Numbered from the stretch's first letter, positions 1 to 13,654 are shown. The stretch: DNA of 64,000 nucleotides from Octopus vulgaris (GCA_951406725.2 OX597817.1:89280001-89344000); one strand, 5' to 3'. Numbers and translations: made by a program. The notes: generated by a model not told the origin, from the sequence alone.

Positions 1-1
1 T

Positions 2-34
2 ATAACGTTTCGATATTGACACTTCATCAGAAAA
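2..34 (-). ncRNA. Minimal hammerhead-like motif (PLE-type), cut off at window edge
   Basis: Reverse complement reads CUGAUGA-A-GUGUCAAUAU-C-GAAA-CGUU-A: canonical core, weak stem II, palindromic ACGU stem III. Stem I cannot be assessed. Confidence 0.55.
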
Positions 35-199
35 AAAGAAATGTCGGAGTGAGAGAGGTAGAGAGAGAGTAAGAAACAGGAGAGAGAGAGAGAGAGAGAG
101 GGAGAGAAAAAAGAAAAGAGAGAGAGAGAAAGAAAAGAAAGAAAGAAATAGTGAATGCAGTGAGGAAAATTTCAAAACTGAAAACTTGGTAAAGCAGTA

Positions 200-230
<31 letters not shown>

Positions 231-239
231 GGAAGAAAG

Positions 240-1450
240 TACGCGAGTGAAAGTGAATCATTCATAATCAGGGGAATCCGATTCTCTGAAGGAGTGAAGT
301 AGGGAGGAGAGATGAGTTTGCTGATGCATATGTCAGAATATTTTTGTGTGTTGAAGCGGGAATATTGGTATGTGATGAAGAGGTGTGTGGTGGTGGGTGT
401 GTGTATGTGTATAGATGTATGTAGGCTGATAAATTTGATCGTATTGGTTAGTGGTGTGTAAGAAATGTAGATGTGTGTGTGTAAATGTTCGTGGATGGTG
501 TGAATACCATGTAAGGGTGTATAAGGGCCCAGGCGTGTGTGTTAGACTAAAGGTTTCGCGAAGGTACTGTAAGGAGGCATGTGCAAAGTGAACGAGGTTG
601 TTTACGAGAGTCTATGTGCATGAATAGAAGCATATTTGGGTGACAGGGATTTTCTTTTAGAGCGAAAGATTAAAATTTTCGAAAAGCTGAAAATCTAATA
701 CAGAATAAAAAGTCCTAGAAAAGTTTCCAAGATTCCAAGATATCGAAGAAAAGGTAGCAAGAGCCCAAAGAAATGGAAAACGGTCCTGGAAGAACGCGAA
801 ATAGCAAAGGTGCGAGAAGGCAAAAAACGTAAACGATGGAGCGACGGAGAATGGCAGACGGAAAAAGGAGCGAAGAACAAAAGTAGTCAGTTTGAGAGAA
901 GAGCTGATGCAAAGGGAAGTAAATGGTAGAAGTATGTAAGAATGATTGTGTGTGTGAGTATTAAGTGGCAGTCATATCAGTAGCGGTCAAGGTGTAGTGA
1001 CAAGTGGAAGGGGAAATAAATGTGGGTAATTCAAATGTGCAGATCAGAACAAATAGTCAAAGAGGGGTATTTGTGTGTGAGAATAACCAGTGAGAGTGTT
1101 TTAATGTGTGTTAAAAGTCAGTGTATGCGTGTTAGGTGTGCGTAATGGTGTGCCTGTGTATGTTATATGCGTGTGGCAAAGTGACAAAATGGTATGTATT
1201 TTGTGAAGCTGAGTGTAAGTGTATGTGATGGATGTATATAAGCGTGAGAGAAGAGGGTATAGTGAGCATGGAATTCGATGCGTGTAAGAATTTGCATTAT
1301 TTGATTGCTATCTCTTGTATATATCAAATTTTTATATGCTCGTGTGTCGTTTAGTTGGATGTCACTGGACTTCATCAGTGTATGTATTTTAATGTTTGAA
1401 CGTGTGTGTGGGAGGAGTGTGAGGGTGAGGATGTGTGTATGTGTGTACAC
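240..1450 (-). mobile_element. Possible decayed Penelope-like element remnant
   Basis: Strand-skewed unique sequence with broken minus-strand reading frames (715-912), upstream of the HHR motif at 2-34. No catalytic motif recognised. Confidence 0.25.
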
Positions 1451-1516
1451 ATATGTACACATGCATGATAATCATGATCTTGATATGTACACATGCATGA
1501 TAATCATGATCTTGAT
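1451..1516. repeat. 32-bp tandem duplication
   Basis: atatgtacacatgcatgataatcatgatcttg occurs twice in tandem. Confidence 0.85.
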
Positions 1517-2359
1517 AGACTCTCGCGTCGACAATGACGTATGAGGCCACAGTAACAAAGATTAAGATGCAGTCGCTTGGACAATCGCAAGGACGCCACT
1601 GTACACGTCTATACTATTCTGAAGAGCGATGAGACTATTGAAGTGGCAGGGTTTCTCTCATCGTAACAGACCAACACAATGACAACGACGGCTTTGAATT
1701 AAAGAGAAATGTAAAAGATTTGTTAGTGAACAACCTGCATAAAGAATTTGTTTCAAATGGATCCAGTCAACGCAGAATCTACTTAATTTCTCCATATAGT
1801 TGTAACACTGAAACTGGTGTACTTTGTGCCAAGTGCTAGACATAAAAGAATGCATGCCAGGGAATATAGCGATGCATAACCCAAACAGCTCGATGCTGAT
1901 GTCTCTTACCATTGCTCTCTACTTCTCATACGAAGCTTCTGTTGTCGAAGGCTGTCTAACAATTCTGATAAACATCTATGTAACTCGCATACATAAACTG
2001 GAGTACGCAAAATACCATTTGTAACCCGCACTGTTATTTTAACAAGCTGACAACTCTATAGCAGCATCAACCATCGCCAATCAGCTGATACGGATATAAA
2101 TAATATGGGACGTCACAGTTGGCCAAGACACTACCATTCAAACAAATTACTGCCAGAGATTTAGATTCCTGTCCCGAACATTAGAGTTGCCGTATTATTG
2201 GATTTCAGAGTAATTAATTAGGTTCAACAAATAATGAATTATAACTGTTTGACAGTATAAATCTAGATACACTAAAATATGAGATGATCATGGATGGAAC
2301 ATCATCAATGAATCAGGGCTGACCTGAGGTTAAACAACAATGTCAACTATATCTTTAAT

Positions 2360-2568
2360 GTTTTACTTGTTCCAGTCATTACACTGCGGCCATGCTGGGA
2401 CACCACCTTGAAGAATTATTAGTCGAATGAAACGACCTCTACTTATTATTTTTAAAGCATGATACTTATTCTTTTGGCAAACACTACAGACACAAAGACA
2501 CACAAGCACGCATGCACACACACGCACACACACACGCACACACACACACACACACGCACACACGCACA

Positions 2569-2633
<65 letters not shown>

Positions 2634-2795
2634 CAGGCTTCTTCCGGTTTCCGTCTATCCAATCCATTCACAAGGTTTTGGTCGGCCCGAGGCTATAGTA
2701 GAAGACAATTTCCCAAAGTATCACGCAGTGGGACTGAACCTGGAACCATGCAGTTGGGAAGAAAATTTCTTACCCCACAGCCCCGCCTGCGCCTA
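2360..2795 (-). mobile_element. tRNA-derived SINE, family A (internal CA/TA microsatellite)
   Basis: Matches the copies at 13952, 26550, 31955 and 57694: box A tggctgtgtgg, box B ggttcagtcc, ccttgggcaagtg core, ccagcatggccgcagt tail. Confidence 0.85.
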
Positions 2796-3723
2796 TATTT
2801 GTTTAACATTTAATGTCTCTCTCTATTTTTTTTTTGCCATGCCTTAGGTGTCTTTACTAATGAAATTCCTTTTATAAAAATCACTAAGACGTTGTGTAAC
2901 ATTAAGATTTCAGTTCTTTGTAGGAAGATTTCTGAACTTTTTTATCTTTTAGCTCGAAGGGAACGCTGTACCCATTAATCTTCGCTGGACGATTGAGGCA
3001 GATGGGAGTGTGGGAGTCTTGGCTTGAGTCCTTGCAACAGAACGGACTCTACTAAAGGCATACGCGGGGTCCGGTGGTGTTGCTAAACTGGGCATGGGAT
3101 TAAGTGGTCCGATCAAATAGGCCATGGCAGGATTTGAACTCAAATCAGAACAAGAAAGCAAGGTATCTTATCTGATTTTCTTCGTTTCGCCAGTCTATAA
3201 GCTGTACAGGTGTATCTTTTATCGATCTCGAAATAAATAAAAGAAATTTGATCTCATCGGTAATTGAACTAAAAGTGCAGACATCGAAAACAAACATGGT
3301 GATACCAGCTATCCAACACTCTAACGACTCTCCCATTTCGCCAGCATTAGAGGAAATTTTACAAAATCCCCCCCACACACACAAAACAACAACAAACAAA
3401 CAGAAATTACAACCTAATATGGCTTATTGTTTGGTGTTTGTTGCTGCTGTTCTTGTTGTTTTGCTTCTGATTTATTCTCCTTATTTTCATCTCAGTAACT
3501 CGCAATCTTTTTATTAAGCTTCAGTGGTACACAGCTGGACCGACGTACACATGATTTATAACGGCCATGTTTTGTAAGGTTCCCTTCCTCTTTGTCTTTT
3601 TTCTCGATTCTGACAGCTGATATTGTCTGCCAACTCTGCTTACCCGGACTTGGTCCGTTCAACATAAATTATATTTCTGAATTGCACTTGTTTGGCAAGA
3701 AATTTGATCCAGGATCATGAGTG

Positions 3724-3767
<44 letters not shown>

Positions 3768-4113
3768 AAGACATTTGATCCAGGATTATGAGTGTTATGT
3801 GTGTGTGTGTATGTGTGTGTGTGCATGTGTGTATATGTTTGTGCATGTGTCTGCATGTGCATGCATGTGTGTGTATGTGCGTGTGTGTGTGTATTTGTGT
3901 CTATCTTGACTCAACTGAATTCTGGCAGATACTGTAGACATTAAAACAATACACACACACACTCACACACATACACACGCTCACACAAACACACACACGC
4001 ACGCTCACACACACACGCACACACACGCACACACACACACATATTCATGTTCACTTCATTGTAATTTGGGAATAATCTCTCTCCTTCTTCATCTCTCTCG
4101 CCCAAGCACACAA

Positions 4114-4163
<50 letters not shown>

Positions 4164-4559
4164 TACACACATGAATGATAAAAATACATTTCAAAGCCGG
4201 ATTCAAATAAAGACGCACTTTCTTCACCTATGCACATGTTCACACACAGACTCTTGCACATATACATACATCTTCATATACATACATCGTCATATACATA
4301 CATCGTCATATAGGCTCAATCGTACAGACACACGTACAATCAAATATTGAACCGAAAAAAAATAAAACAAAATAAGAATGAAAAAACGATGAAACCAACA
4401 TTCCCTACCACCCAGTAAGAAACCACCCAATCCATTTACACTCCCTTTAATCATTATATAACACGTCCTATTTTCTTAATACTGAAACAATGTGACGTCT
4501 CTAACTCGCGATGAAACATCAAGCCACTGGTGTCATTAAATCCTCCAATTATTATAATA

Positions 4560-4720
4560 GGCGGCGAGCTGGCAGAATCGTTAACGCGTCGGGGAGAAAT
4601 ACTTTGCGGCATTTCTTCCGACTTTACGTTCAGAGTTCAAATGCCGCCGGGGTCGATGTAATCGACTTAAATTGCTGCTCTTGTTCCAAAATCTTGAAAC
4701 CAATTATTATAAAGAAATAT
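4560..4720 (+). mobile_element. tRNA-derived SINE, family B (partial)
   Basis: ggcggcgagctggcagaatcgttaac...gagttcaaat...ggggtcgatgtaatcgact, shared with more than 10 copies in the window. Confidence 0.8.
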
Positions 4721-4762
4721 TTTCTCTGCAAATAACCTCTACTCTATTCAAGTTAACTAATG

Positions 4763-4793
<31 letters not shown>

Positions 4794-4805
4794 ATGTATA
4801 TGTAC

Positions 4806-4858
<53 letters not shown>

Positions 4859-5015
4859 TGTATATGTAAGTGTGCATGTCTACACAGACACTGTTGTTTA
4901 GAAGGTGCTCGGTTTATACGGTTTCCCTTTAGGGTGTACTAGTTTTTTCATATATTCCACTTATACATATGTCATATCTATCTATCTATCTCTCTCTATA
5001 TATATATCGAATACA

Positions 5016-5086
<71 letters not shown>

Positions 5087-5136
5087 TGTTTGTGTGTGTG
5101 TGTGTGAGTGTTTGTGCGTGTGTGTATGTGTGTGTA

Positions 5137-5277
5137 AAGGTGCATGGCTCAGTGGTTAGAGCGTCGAGTTTATGGTCGTGAGGTTGTGAGTTCGATTTCT
5201 GGACCGGACTGCGTGTTGTGTTCTTGAGCAACACACTTTATTTCAGTTTGCTCCAGTTCACTCAGCTGTAGAAAAGC
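5137..5277 (+). mobile_element. tRNA-derived SINE, family C head
   Basis: tggctcagtggttag (box A), gagttcgatt (box B), then gtgttcttgagcaacacacttt core. Confidence 0.75.
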
Positions 5278-5356
5278 TGTTTTTGCCTGAGTAGACGTCA
5301 CTAGCATGAATATTGTTCTAACCTATCTCCAGCAGCCAAGAAACAAAATTTATGCC

Positions 5357-5418
<62 letters not shown>

Positions 5419-5477
5419 ATATATATATAATATATTATATCTGTAAATATAATATGTGACAATTATTCGGTAGCCAT

Positions 5478-5538
5478 GATAAAACTCCGAGTTTCGGATG
5501 TCGGTGCGGAAACCCACGCCGGCATCTCTTCAGTTATC
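5478..5538 (-). ncRNA. Type I hammerhead ribozyme, canonical core, at 3' end of PLE
   Basis: Reverse complement: GAUAA-CUGAAGA-GAUGCCGG...CCGACAUC-C-GAAA-CUCGGA-GUU-UUAUC. Stem I is 5 bp, stem II is long, and the cleavage triplet is GUU. Confidence 0.75.
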
Positions 5539-6559
5539 GAGCCATCGTATAAAATGCTATGAAAATGACCGTTAAACAAAAGGAAATTACTGTGTGATTG
5601 GCCATTATTAAGACAAAAGAGCTATTAGAATGACCGCTAAGTAAGGGGGGGGGAGTAAATGTAAGGGAGTAAAAATGTTCATAGCAATCGCGTAAGCGCG
5701 CATGTTCATACATACACTTACGCGCCCGCACACCAACGTATATGTGCCTATATGTGTATACTCATCCACCCTCATTTGAAATACACACATGCTCACCCAC
5801 ACATTCGCCAAAAAATATAAATATATACACACCCGCATACACGCTCGTACACACACACACACACACGCGCGTGCACAAGAAAGGTTCATACACACGTCAA
5901 TATACGCACATGCACAAGAAAAAACAGTGCTAGAGGCAAAATACAGGAAAATGTGTAAAAAGGTGAAAAAAAAATAAGCAATAAAAATAAAAAGTAAAGA
6001 TGTAAATATTCTCATGGCGAACGCGTATGAGCACATGTCCATACATACACATGCGCGTACGCACACTCACATACATGTGCCTATGTGCATATGCTCGTCC
6101 ACACTCGCTTGAAACATACACATGCGCACCCCCACATTCGCCAAAAAATAATTTATGCATAAACGCACCCACGCTCACACACACACGCGCGCACAAAAAA
6201 GGTTCATATACACGTCTATATACGCACATGCTCGCTTGCCCGTACACACACACACACACACACACGTGTACATACGCACATACCCGCACAAATCCACACG
6301 CGTGCACAAAAAATCTATACACGCCTATGTACGCACAGGAAAAATGCAGGGTGGAAGGTAAAATACAGAAAAAAAATTTGTAAAAAAAATATGTGAGCAA
6401 TAAACCTATAAAACAATATCTCTATAAATATGTAAAAAAAAATATATAAAAATATACAAGAAATATAAGTAGAGAGTATAGAGAGATAAAAAGCTTGTAC
6501 GTGGACACAATATACAAAAAGCAAATCCTAGCTGTAATCTCGGGAGGAACAAAAACATA

Positions 6560-7850
6560 ACAAATATTTAGCCACGTATGGACATGATCCAAAAGTTAAA
6601 TTCTTGAATTTAGACAAGTAGCGGGGTCTAAGCTGCTTTTCCAGATGGGCCATCTTTCCATATCACAAAGACTGCACTTTTCACTGCCGTTGATGTAAGG
6701 CTTACACTTGGCTTAGATCTTCCAACGGATGTTGTAACTGACACCTTCATAAATGATGGTCTCGGGCCCCTTCATAAATGATGGTCTCGGACATGCAAGT
6801 TCCATTTAGCGGGTACAAATTTTTATCCCTGCATGAACAGCTGGTTTCATTTTGTGGTTTTTGTGCGTTGTATGCGATTATATTTTTAAAATTAGTAGTT
6901 GAGCTGAAACTGATTTTTAAGTTATGTTTATTGAAGAGATTTCTGTAACTATGGTTGACTGGAAAATGTCTCTCTATCAGTGTTAAGAAATACTTGCCTA
7001 TATTAAAAGTCACTTCGGGTGAACCAGATAGTTTTCCTATTTCTGTGTTTTCCTTTCTTTATTACTGGACTGGTTGGTGGCAGGTGTATAGGTTATTTCC
7101 TCGCTGAATCCACTATCTTTTAGAGCCTTATTATATATTGGGGCAACGCTATTAAAAATGTCCCTATTGGAGGAGAGGCTAGAAATTCTTTTGCTAATGT
7201 TTGTAACTAAATTTTTAAATACTAGCGGAGGTGGGGGGAATACAGGAACCCACATTAATAAAACTAAGTCTATCGTTGGGCTTCCTATAAGGTTTAAATA
7301 TTCTTATTTAGATTTAAGGATATATCTAGGAAATTGACAACTGTTAGGGTGGTATCTGTAGTTATGCTAAGACTGAAAGTTTTCATCAATTGGATAATGT
7401 CCTTCCTAAACCGATCTTGTGCTGGTCCATTGGTATTTGCGGTTAAAGCTAGGGCATCATCTTTGTGAATGGTGAAATATACGTCAGGAAAAGTCTTGCC
7501 CAACGTATCAAGTAGGAATAGCTCAATAAGATTGAATATGCATGCTCCATCATATGACTCCATGCTCACATCGAAAGCACCCTCTGTATCGGTAGTCTTG
7601 ACCCACTCTGCGTTCTCGCTGAAGAGTAAAGACTTTCTAGCATGGAAGATCATGTCCTTAACCTGTGTACTGATTTCTCTGAATTCGCTTGCGAAGGTGA
7701 GGGCTTTATCTAGCAGATACTTAGAGATAGAGGCATAAAAATCGAATTGCGTGAATCTCGCTTTATTCTTATTCTTAATGACTTTAAACCAGTCAACGGC
7801 TTCTATACTGTTGGACCAATGTGCTAACCTAGTAGCATTCCTGACGTTCG
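6560..7850 (-). mobile_element. Decayed Penelope-like element (RT, Cys linker, C-terminal GIY-YIG remnant; resembles Hydra clade)
   Basis: Minus-strand peptides WSNSIEAVDWF, QFDFYASIS, IFHARKSLLF, FDVSMESYDGA, HKDDAL, NFLDISLNL, ISKRISSLSS, CSCRDKNLYPLNGTCMSETIIYEG across frameshifts. Confidence 0.88.
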
Positions 7851-7979
7851 CACACACGCACACATACACACACACGTATATATACCCATACGTACACAAA
7901 TATATTCATATACACATCTATATACGCACATACGCAAAAAAATGCAGGGTGAAAGTTAATATACAGAAAAAATATGTAA

Positions 7980-8186
7980 AAAAGCGTTAGATTCACTTCA
8001 ACATTTAAATTTAATTTGTGTCAAAATACTTTCTTCGCTTTGAAACCGTGACCTGTTCACCGACAAAATTTCTTGCCGCATCTCGAGCAGTACGAAATTT
8101 TGTCAGTGAACAGGTCACGGTTTCAAAGCGAAGAAAATATTTTGGCACAAATTAAATTTAAATGATGAAGTGAATCTAACGCTTTT
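7980..8186. repeat. About 100-bp-arm inverted repeat carrying two G3:C8 hammerhead-like motifs
   Basis: aaaagcgttagattcacttca...aagtgaatctaacgctttt. Arms are near-identical and each holds GUGAACA-G-stem-GAAA. Homologous to 63280-63420. Confidence 0.9.
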
Positions 8187-8939
8187 AGTGTGCGTGTTTT
8201 TTTTAATGGCTTATAAACACCTTCCACGCTGCAATTGTTTTTATTGCAGCACACGATCTCAAATGAAGTCACTTGCTATGCAAATACATCTCCGTCCTTT
8301 GATAAAAAAAAAATTATCCTGTCGTGTGTACACTATTTATTCCGTTATGATTTACTTATCCAATATGTCTTTACTTTTTAAAAGATCGTATGATGCGATT
8401 TGAAGGACATTTTGGCTGTTATTTTTAATGTTCGAAGACAGAGAAGCGGTTACTTTGGGGAGAAATTGATAGTTGTGTAGCAATGGGGTGAAATGGGATA
8501 AAATGCTATTTATATAACTGTAAAATATAAAATATATTTCAATCGAGAATCGAAACCAGCTTGCTTTCTTTGACCATATACTTGTTTTACACAAATTTAT
8601 ATTGAAAACCTTGAAATTACTTTCAACTATACCTATTATATTAACCTGATGTGTTCTTTGCCGAAGGTGACCCCCGGTGATCACTGCTGACCGCTGGCTT
8701 CTATAATGTAAAGAAATGTGAACTTCGACACAGATTAGTAGACGGTGTAATCTTTGATATGGGTCATCAGGCAATCAGAAAATTTGGAAGATAAAGGAAA
8801 AGGTGGATGAGGAAGAATCAAACTGTAAATGGCAAACGACTGCGTAGATATGTATATGTTTGTATGCATGTATTTATATTTGTACATATATTTACAGCTG
8901 TACACACGCATATACATGTGTATGTGTGTGCGTGCGTGC

Positions 8940-8975
<36 letters not shown>

Positions 8976-9104
8976 GTTCACACATACACACTCGCATATA
9001 TATGCATATATATATATTTGTATGTATATATGCTGACATATATACATAAATGTATGCATACAGAGATATTTACCTATATGCTCCTTTCTATATATATTCC
9101 TATT

Positions 9105-9195
<91 letters not shown>

Positions 9196-9499
9196 GATAC
9201 ACACATATGTATGTTCGTATATGTATATATAATCTTAGTTCGTTCGATTCGGTTCATGTTCCATTCTGGTATTATAGAAACTACTGAGGCGAGAAAATTC
9301 AGCGCTTTTATCAATGATTTACTCTGCAAAAGAACTGAACAAAACCTTTATTTTTCAATAATTTGCTTTTACTTTCAACAATTTATCTGAACATTAAATA
9401 CATAGGTCTATTCAACATGTCTACACTGGGTAAGCTTTGGGTTATATGGAAAACAAAATAAGTTGCACGGAAAACGAACCACTATGGAAATGTGTTCAC

Positions 9500-9730
9500 G
9501 CACACATTGGTACAAAGCAGTATACTTTTCTTCGCGAGAGTGGTAGCTGCTATGATTAGTATTGGTAGTAGTTGGTATTGGCTCTTGTTATAAGTAATAT
9601 TTGAAGTTACAAATAGTAGAATCAGAGTTAACAGGCAGTTTTCGGCAATAAAAATGAAAGTAAATTCTTACAAAAGTGGAAGTAAATTGCGATAGAAACC
9701 GGAAGTGACGACAGTAACATCCCAGAATTT
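9500..9730. promoter_or_regulatory. Promoter-like motif cluster
   Basis: ACCGGAAGTGACG (ETS plus half-CRE, 9698-9710), three ATTGG/CCAAT boxes (about 9506, 9561, 9576), TTCGCGAGA (9531), catcccagaat (9718), in non-repetitive DNA. Confidence 0.4.
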
Positions 9731-10409
9731 CATTAAAACAACATAAAGAACTCCCTCATTATACTACGTCCATAGTCACCTACATTTATCGTATCTTATA
9801 GTGATATGTTAAGTATTCGGGCCTTCTGCCTAGACTAGAAAAGGATATGTTAAGTATTTCAGCAATAGCAGCTGACGTACATATTCCAGTGTATCATACC
9901 AGTACTGAGATGTTGATTGTTTTCATCTCATATAAATAGATATTGGATTTTCATATTACATTAAATATCTGTACGTTCTACACATTGGTTATGTCACATA
10001 TTGCTTACATGAAATTATGGGATATCGCTATTGCCACTTCAGTTTACTTTCATTATTTTTAGGACAATTTATTTACACTTTTTACGACCGTAAACTGCAT
10101 GTTAACCGAAATGAGAGCAGGTGTTACCCGCTTGGTAAACCAAGTGCTAAAATCTGAAGGTGGCGCAGAAATCCCGAACAACTTAAATAAAATATCTGAA
10201 GCCAAATAAAAATATGAAATCACAGAAATTAAGCGAGTAGGAGAGGTTACTTTCGGAACAGGGCAGGATGGAAGATAGGTTTGATGTGGAGCTGGGAAAA
10301 CGACAGGGACGTGTTGTATTACGTCTTGTCTCATAATCTTGCGTGAAATAGTTCAAAATTTGCCAGTTAGCAGATAAGAATAAAATAAGGTAATATTATG
10401 TTTGATCTG

Positions 10410-10845
10410 TTTCTACCATATGCACAAAGCCTAAAATTTCGAGGCAGGAGAATAGTCAATTATATTCTCCTCACTCGAACAGGAACTTATTTTATCTACT
10501 CTGAAAGAATGAAAAACAAAGTCAACCTCGACGGAATTTGAACTCAGAATGTGAAGACGGATGAAATGCCGTTAAGTATATTGTCCGGCGTGCTAACGAT
10601 TCTGCCAGCTCGCTACCTTAGGTAATAAGCATAATGATTTCAAATTTTAGCACAAGACCAATAATTTCGAGGAAGGGCTAAGTCGATTAGATCGACTCGA
10701 TGCTCAACTGATACGTATTTTACCGACCCCAAAGGGTAAAAGTTTAAGTTGACCTTGGTTGCATTTGAACTCGGAACATAAAGACAAAACAAATGCTGCT
10801 AAATATTTTGCTCGGCGTGCTAACGATTCTTCTAGCTTACCGACA
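10410..10845 (-). mobile_element. Two tandem SINE family B copies
   Basis: Two successive copies with gaatttgaactcagaa and cgtgctaacgattctgccagctcgc motifs. Confidence 0.85.
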
Positions 10846-12244
10846 AGTTAATTAAAATTTTTCAACTGCGTTTTCCAGTTGGTTTAAACAAGGCTGTGGT
10901 TGAAAGAAAGTAGTTGTTGGGAGAAGAAGGCGCACATTGTAGAGATAAATGAAAGGAGAATATTGTAAGGTTGGGAAAAGAGAGCAGAGGACTGAAAGAA
11001 GGGAACGAACTTTGTAGGATTCAGAAAAGAGATGTGCATTTTATGCCTGGCCTAAGTAGCTAACTATCCTGATGTCAGCCTGGGTGGAGCTCTATATATG
11101 TAGTGGATAAAAAATACTCGATTAGCTGGAATTTTCCATGCAATTAGTTGACAAAATCTCCCTCAAGAGATTTTAAAATCTGAAATCAACCGTCAAGGTA
11201 GGTAACTCCAGTAAAGTACCGCATTTGAAAATTTGAGATACTAATGATGACTTTGATGGAAGCAGGTTTTTTTTTTAAAGCCAACGGACAACCAACATAT
11301 CTCGGTCTTAATGGATCTCCTCAACCAGTATTAGTTGGTGGTGGTGTTGTAGTTGTGTGACAGTTTCACTGTACATAGCCAAAATCAATAAATGCCTCCC
11401 ATACGCCTGTTTTCCCTGTTATCTGCTTTGGCGAAGTCTGCCAGAATTATAGCCAATTCTTCAAATGGTACTGCTTTTTTATCCTGTAGTTAGTATCAGT
11501 GAATATAGTAGTGAGTATTCTACTACGGATAACAATAGTACTACAACATCTGTGAGCGAAGACAATTTAGATATTCTTCTCCAATCACTTCGTCTTTGCA
11601 TTTATGACAAGATATACTCCGATGCTATAGAGATTCTTCTACAGCGATGAAGCATGTCCAAGCTTATGTGCCTTTATACATACAAAGGACTATATATGCA
11701 TAAGGTTACATAAGGGCATCGTTACATAAGCACACATACACAATCATATACTGGCATACACACACACAAACTCACGCACGCGCGCGCACACACACATACT
11801 CAGATATTCTTGTGTTGATAAGGTAATTAGAATAAACAATAACAAGACGTCTCTCGCAGACAAAGGGGGCATCTGTTGGCAACAACAATAACAACAACTA
11901 CATCTTCTTACTCCTCCCCTCCTCCTCCTCATCATCATCATCGCCATCAACAACAGCATTGACAACAGTAAACAAGTATAACTCCATTAAAAAATGTAGT
12001 TAACAAAATCAACAGCTTTGTGAAGTACACTCTTTTATAACATTAACAGGAACGGAGACAAAAGAAGCATCCATTGTATCGACAATATAAACCACCACCA
12101 CCACCACCACCACCACCACCACTATTACCTCAAAAACAACAACAACAATAACAACAGCAGTAGCAGCCGCAGCAGCTGCAGCAGAAACTATCGTAACAAT
12201 AAAACTAGTATTGCAAGCAAAATAACATAATATTCTATCTGTTA

Positions 12245-12620
12245 TCTTTTACTTGTTTCAGTCACTGGACTGCGGCCATGCTGGGGCATATCCTTGAAGG
12301 GTTTATTCGAATAAATCGAGCCTAGTACTTATTTTTAAAGTCTAGTATTTATTCTATCGTTATCTTCTGACGAACCGTGAAGTTACAGAGGAGCTAAACA
12401 AAGCAACACCGGTTTTAAGAGAGAAGACAAACACAATGGCATACACGCATGCATACACATATACAAATACACAACGGGATTCCATGCAGTTTCTGTCTAT
12501 TAAATTCATTCATATTTTATAATCGATGAGAGGATACTTATCAAAAGTGCCGCGTAATGGGACTGAACCCGAAACCATGGGACTGAGGAGCAAATGTTTT
12601 ACCACACAACCATGTCTGCA
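12245..12620 (-). mobile_element. SINE family A (diverged)
   Basis: tcttttacttgtttcagtca...gggactgaacccgaaaccatg...taccacacaacca. Confidence 0.8.
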
Positions 12621-13319
12621 CCGAATTTAATAAATAAAGAAAAAAGTTTTACAACATTTGCATATAAAAACCCTTGCCACAACAACAGTAGCAACAACAA
12701 TAACAACAACAACAACAGCAACAAAAGCACTCTAACTATGAAAGGAAAATATACAGTTACAACAGCACAAAATAATATTTCAATTAAACACAAGAAAAAT
12801 AGACAGAACAAAATCTACAAATGCACCCCCCCCAAAAAAAAAAAAACGGAAAACAAGAACAGCTGTATTAACACAACAACAGCCTATAAAACAAAACAAA
12901 ATAAAAGACCACTATCAGAACAACTACTGCGATAATACCAGCAGTAACAACAACATGCACAAGATCAACAAAAACAACAATAACTTCAACGGTAACAATG
13001 GATTAGAATTAAAACAAGAATATAAAGAAAATAAATAACTACAACTAAAACCACAACGATAATAACAAAACAATAAAGATAAAAAGCAAAACGAGCTAAA
13101 AATCATGGCAAAAACATCAATTACAAAACGAAAATATTATTAATAAAAACAAAGGAAAACCATGGCTGCATTTTTAACAACAAAAATATTAAGAAAAAAA
13201 CGGCAAAAATAATCGCAAAAACAATAGCAATGATAACCACGGAGACAAAAGCAATATTATCAACAGTAATGATAAGAGGTAAAAAAATAACCAGCAAAAA
13301 ATGCAACAGCAGCAACTGT

Positions 13320-13640
13320 AGCAAACTAACGTTAAAAGTAATAGCTAAACAATAGCATCAATAAACGTTAAAAATAATAGCAACGACAACAATAGCAACA
13401 ATAACGTTAAAAATTATAGCAACTGCAAAAGTAGCAATAACGTTAAAAACAATAGCAACGACAACGTTAAAAATTATAGAAACAGCAAAGGCAGTAATAA
13501 CGTTAAAAGTAATGGCAACAGCAATAATAGCAACAATAACATTGAAAATTATAGCAACAACAAAAGTAACAATAGAGTTAAAACAGTAGTAACAGCAATA
13601 GCAACAATAACGTTAAAGACTAATAAAACTAATAACAATA
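13320..13640. repeat. Degenerate minisatellite of about 30-40 bp
   Basis: Recurrent aacgttaaaa..atagcaac..ca unit, about 8-9 copies, within an A/C-rich tract (12680-13640). Confidence 0.7.
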
Positions 13641-13654
13641 AATGCGCAACAATT

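Noticed and set aside
1540-2030. High-complexity segment with short ORFs on both strands
   Set aside because: No recognisable domain or consistent splice structure; a database search is needed.
2953-3150. GC-richer segment after an acceptor-like ttttag
   Set aside because: All frames stop within about 33 codons and nothing is recognisable; it may be a TE UTR.
5137-5210. tRNA gene-like A/B boxes here and at other SINE heads
   Set aside because: They continue into SINE cores and lack a clean cloverleaf and poly-T terminator.
11330-11650. Protein-like snippets on both strands (DKKAVPFEELAIILADFAK; SEYSSEYSTTD)
   Set aside because: Too short, no family match and weak splice signals.
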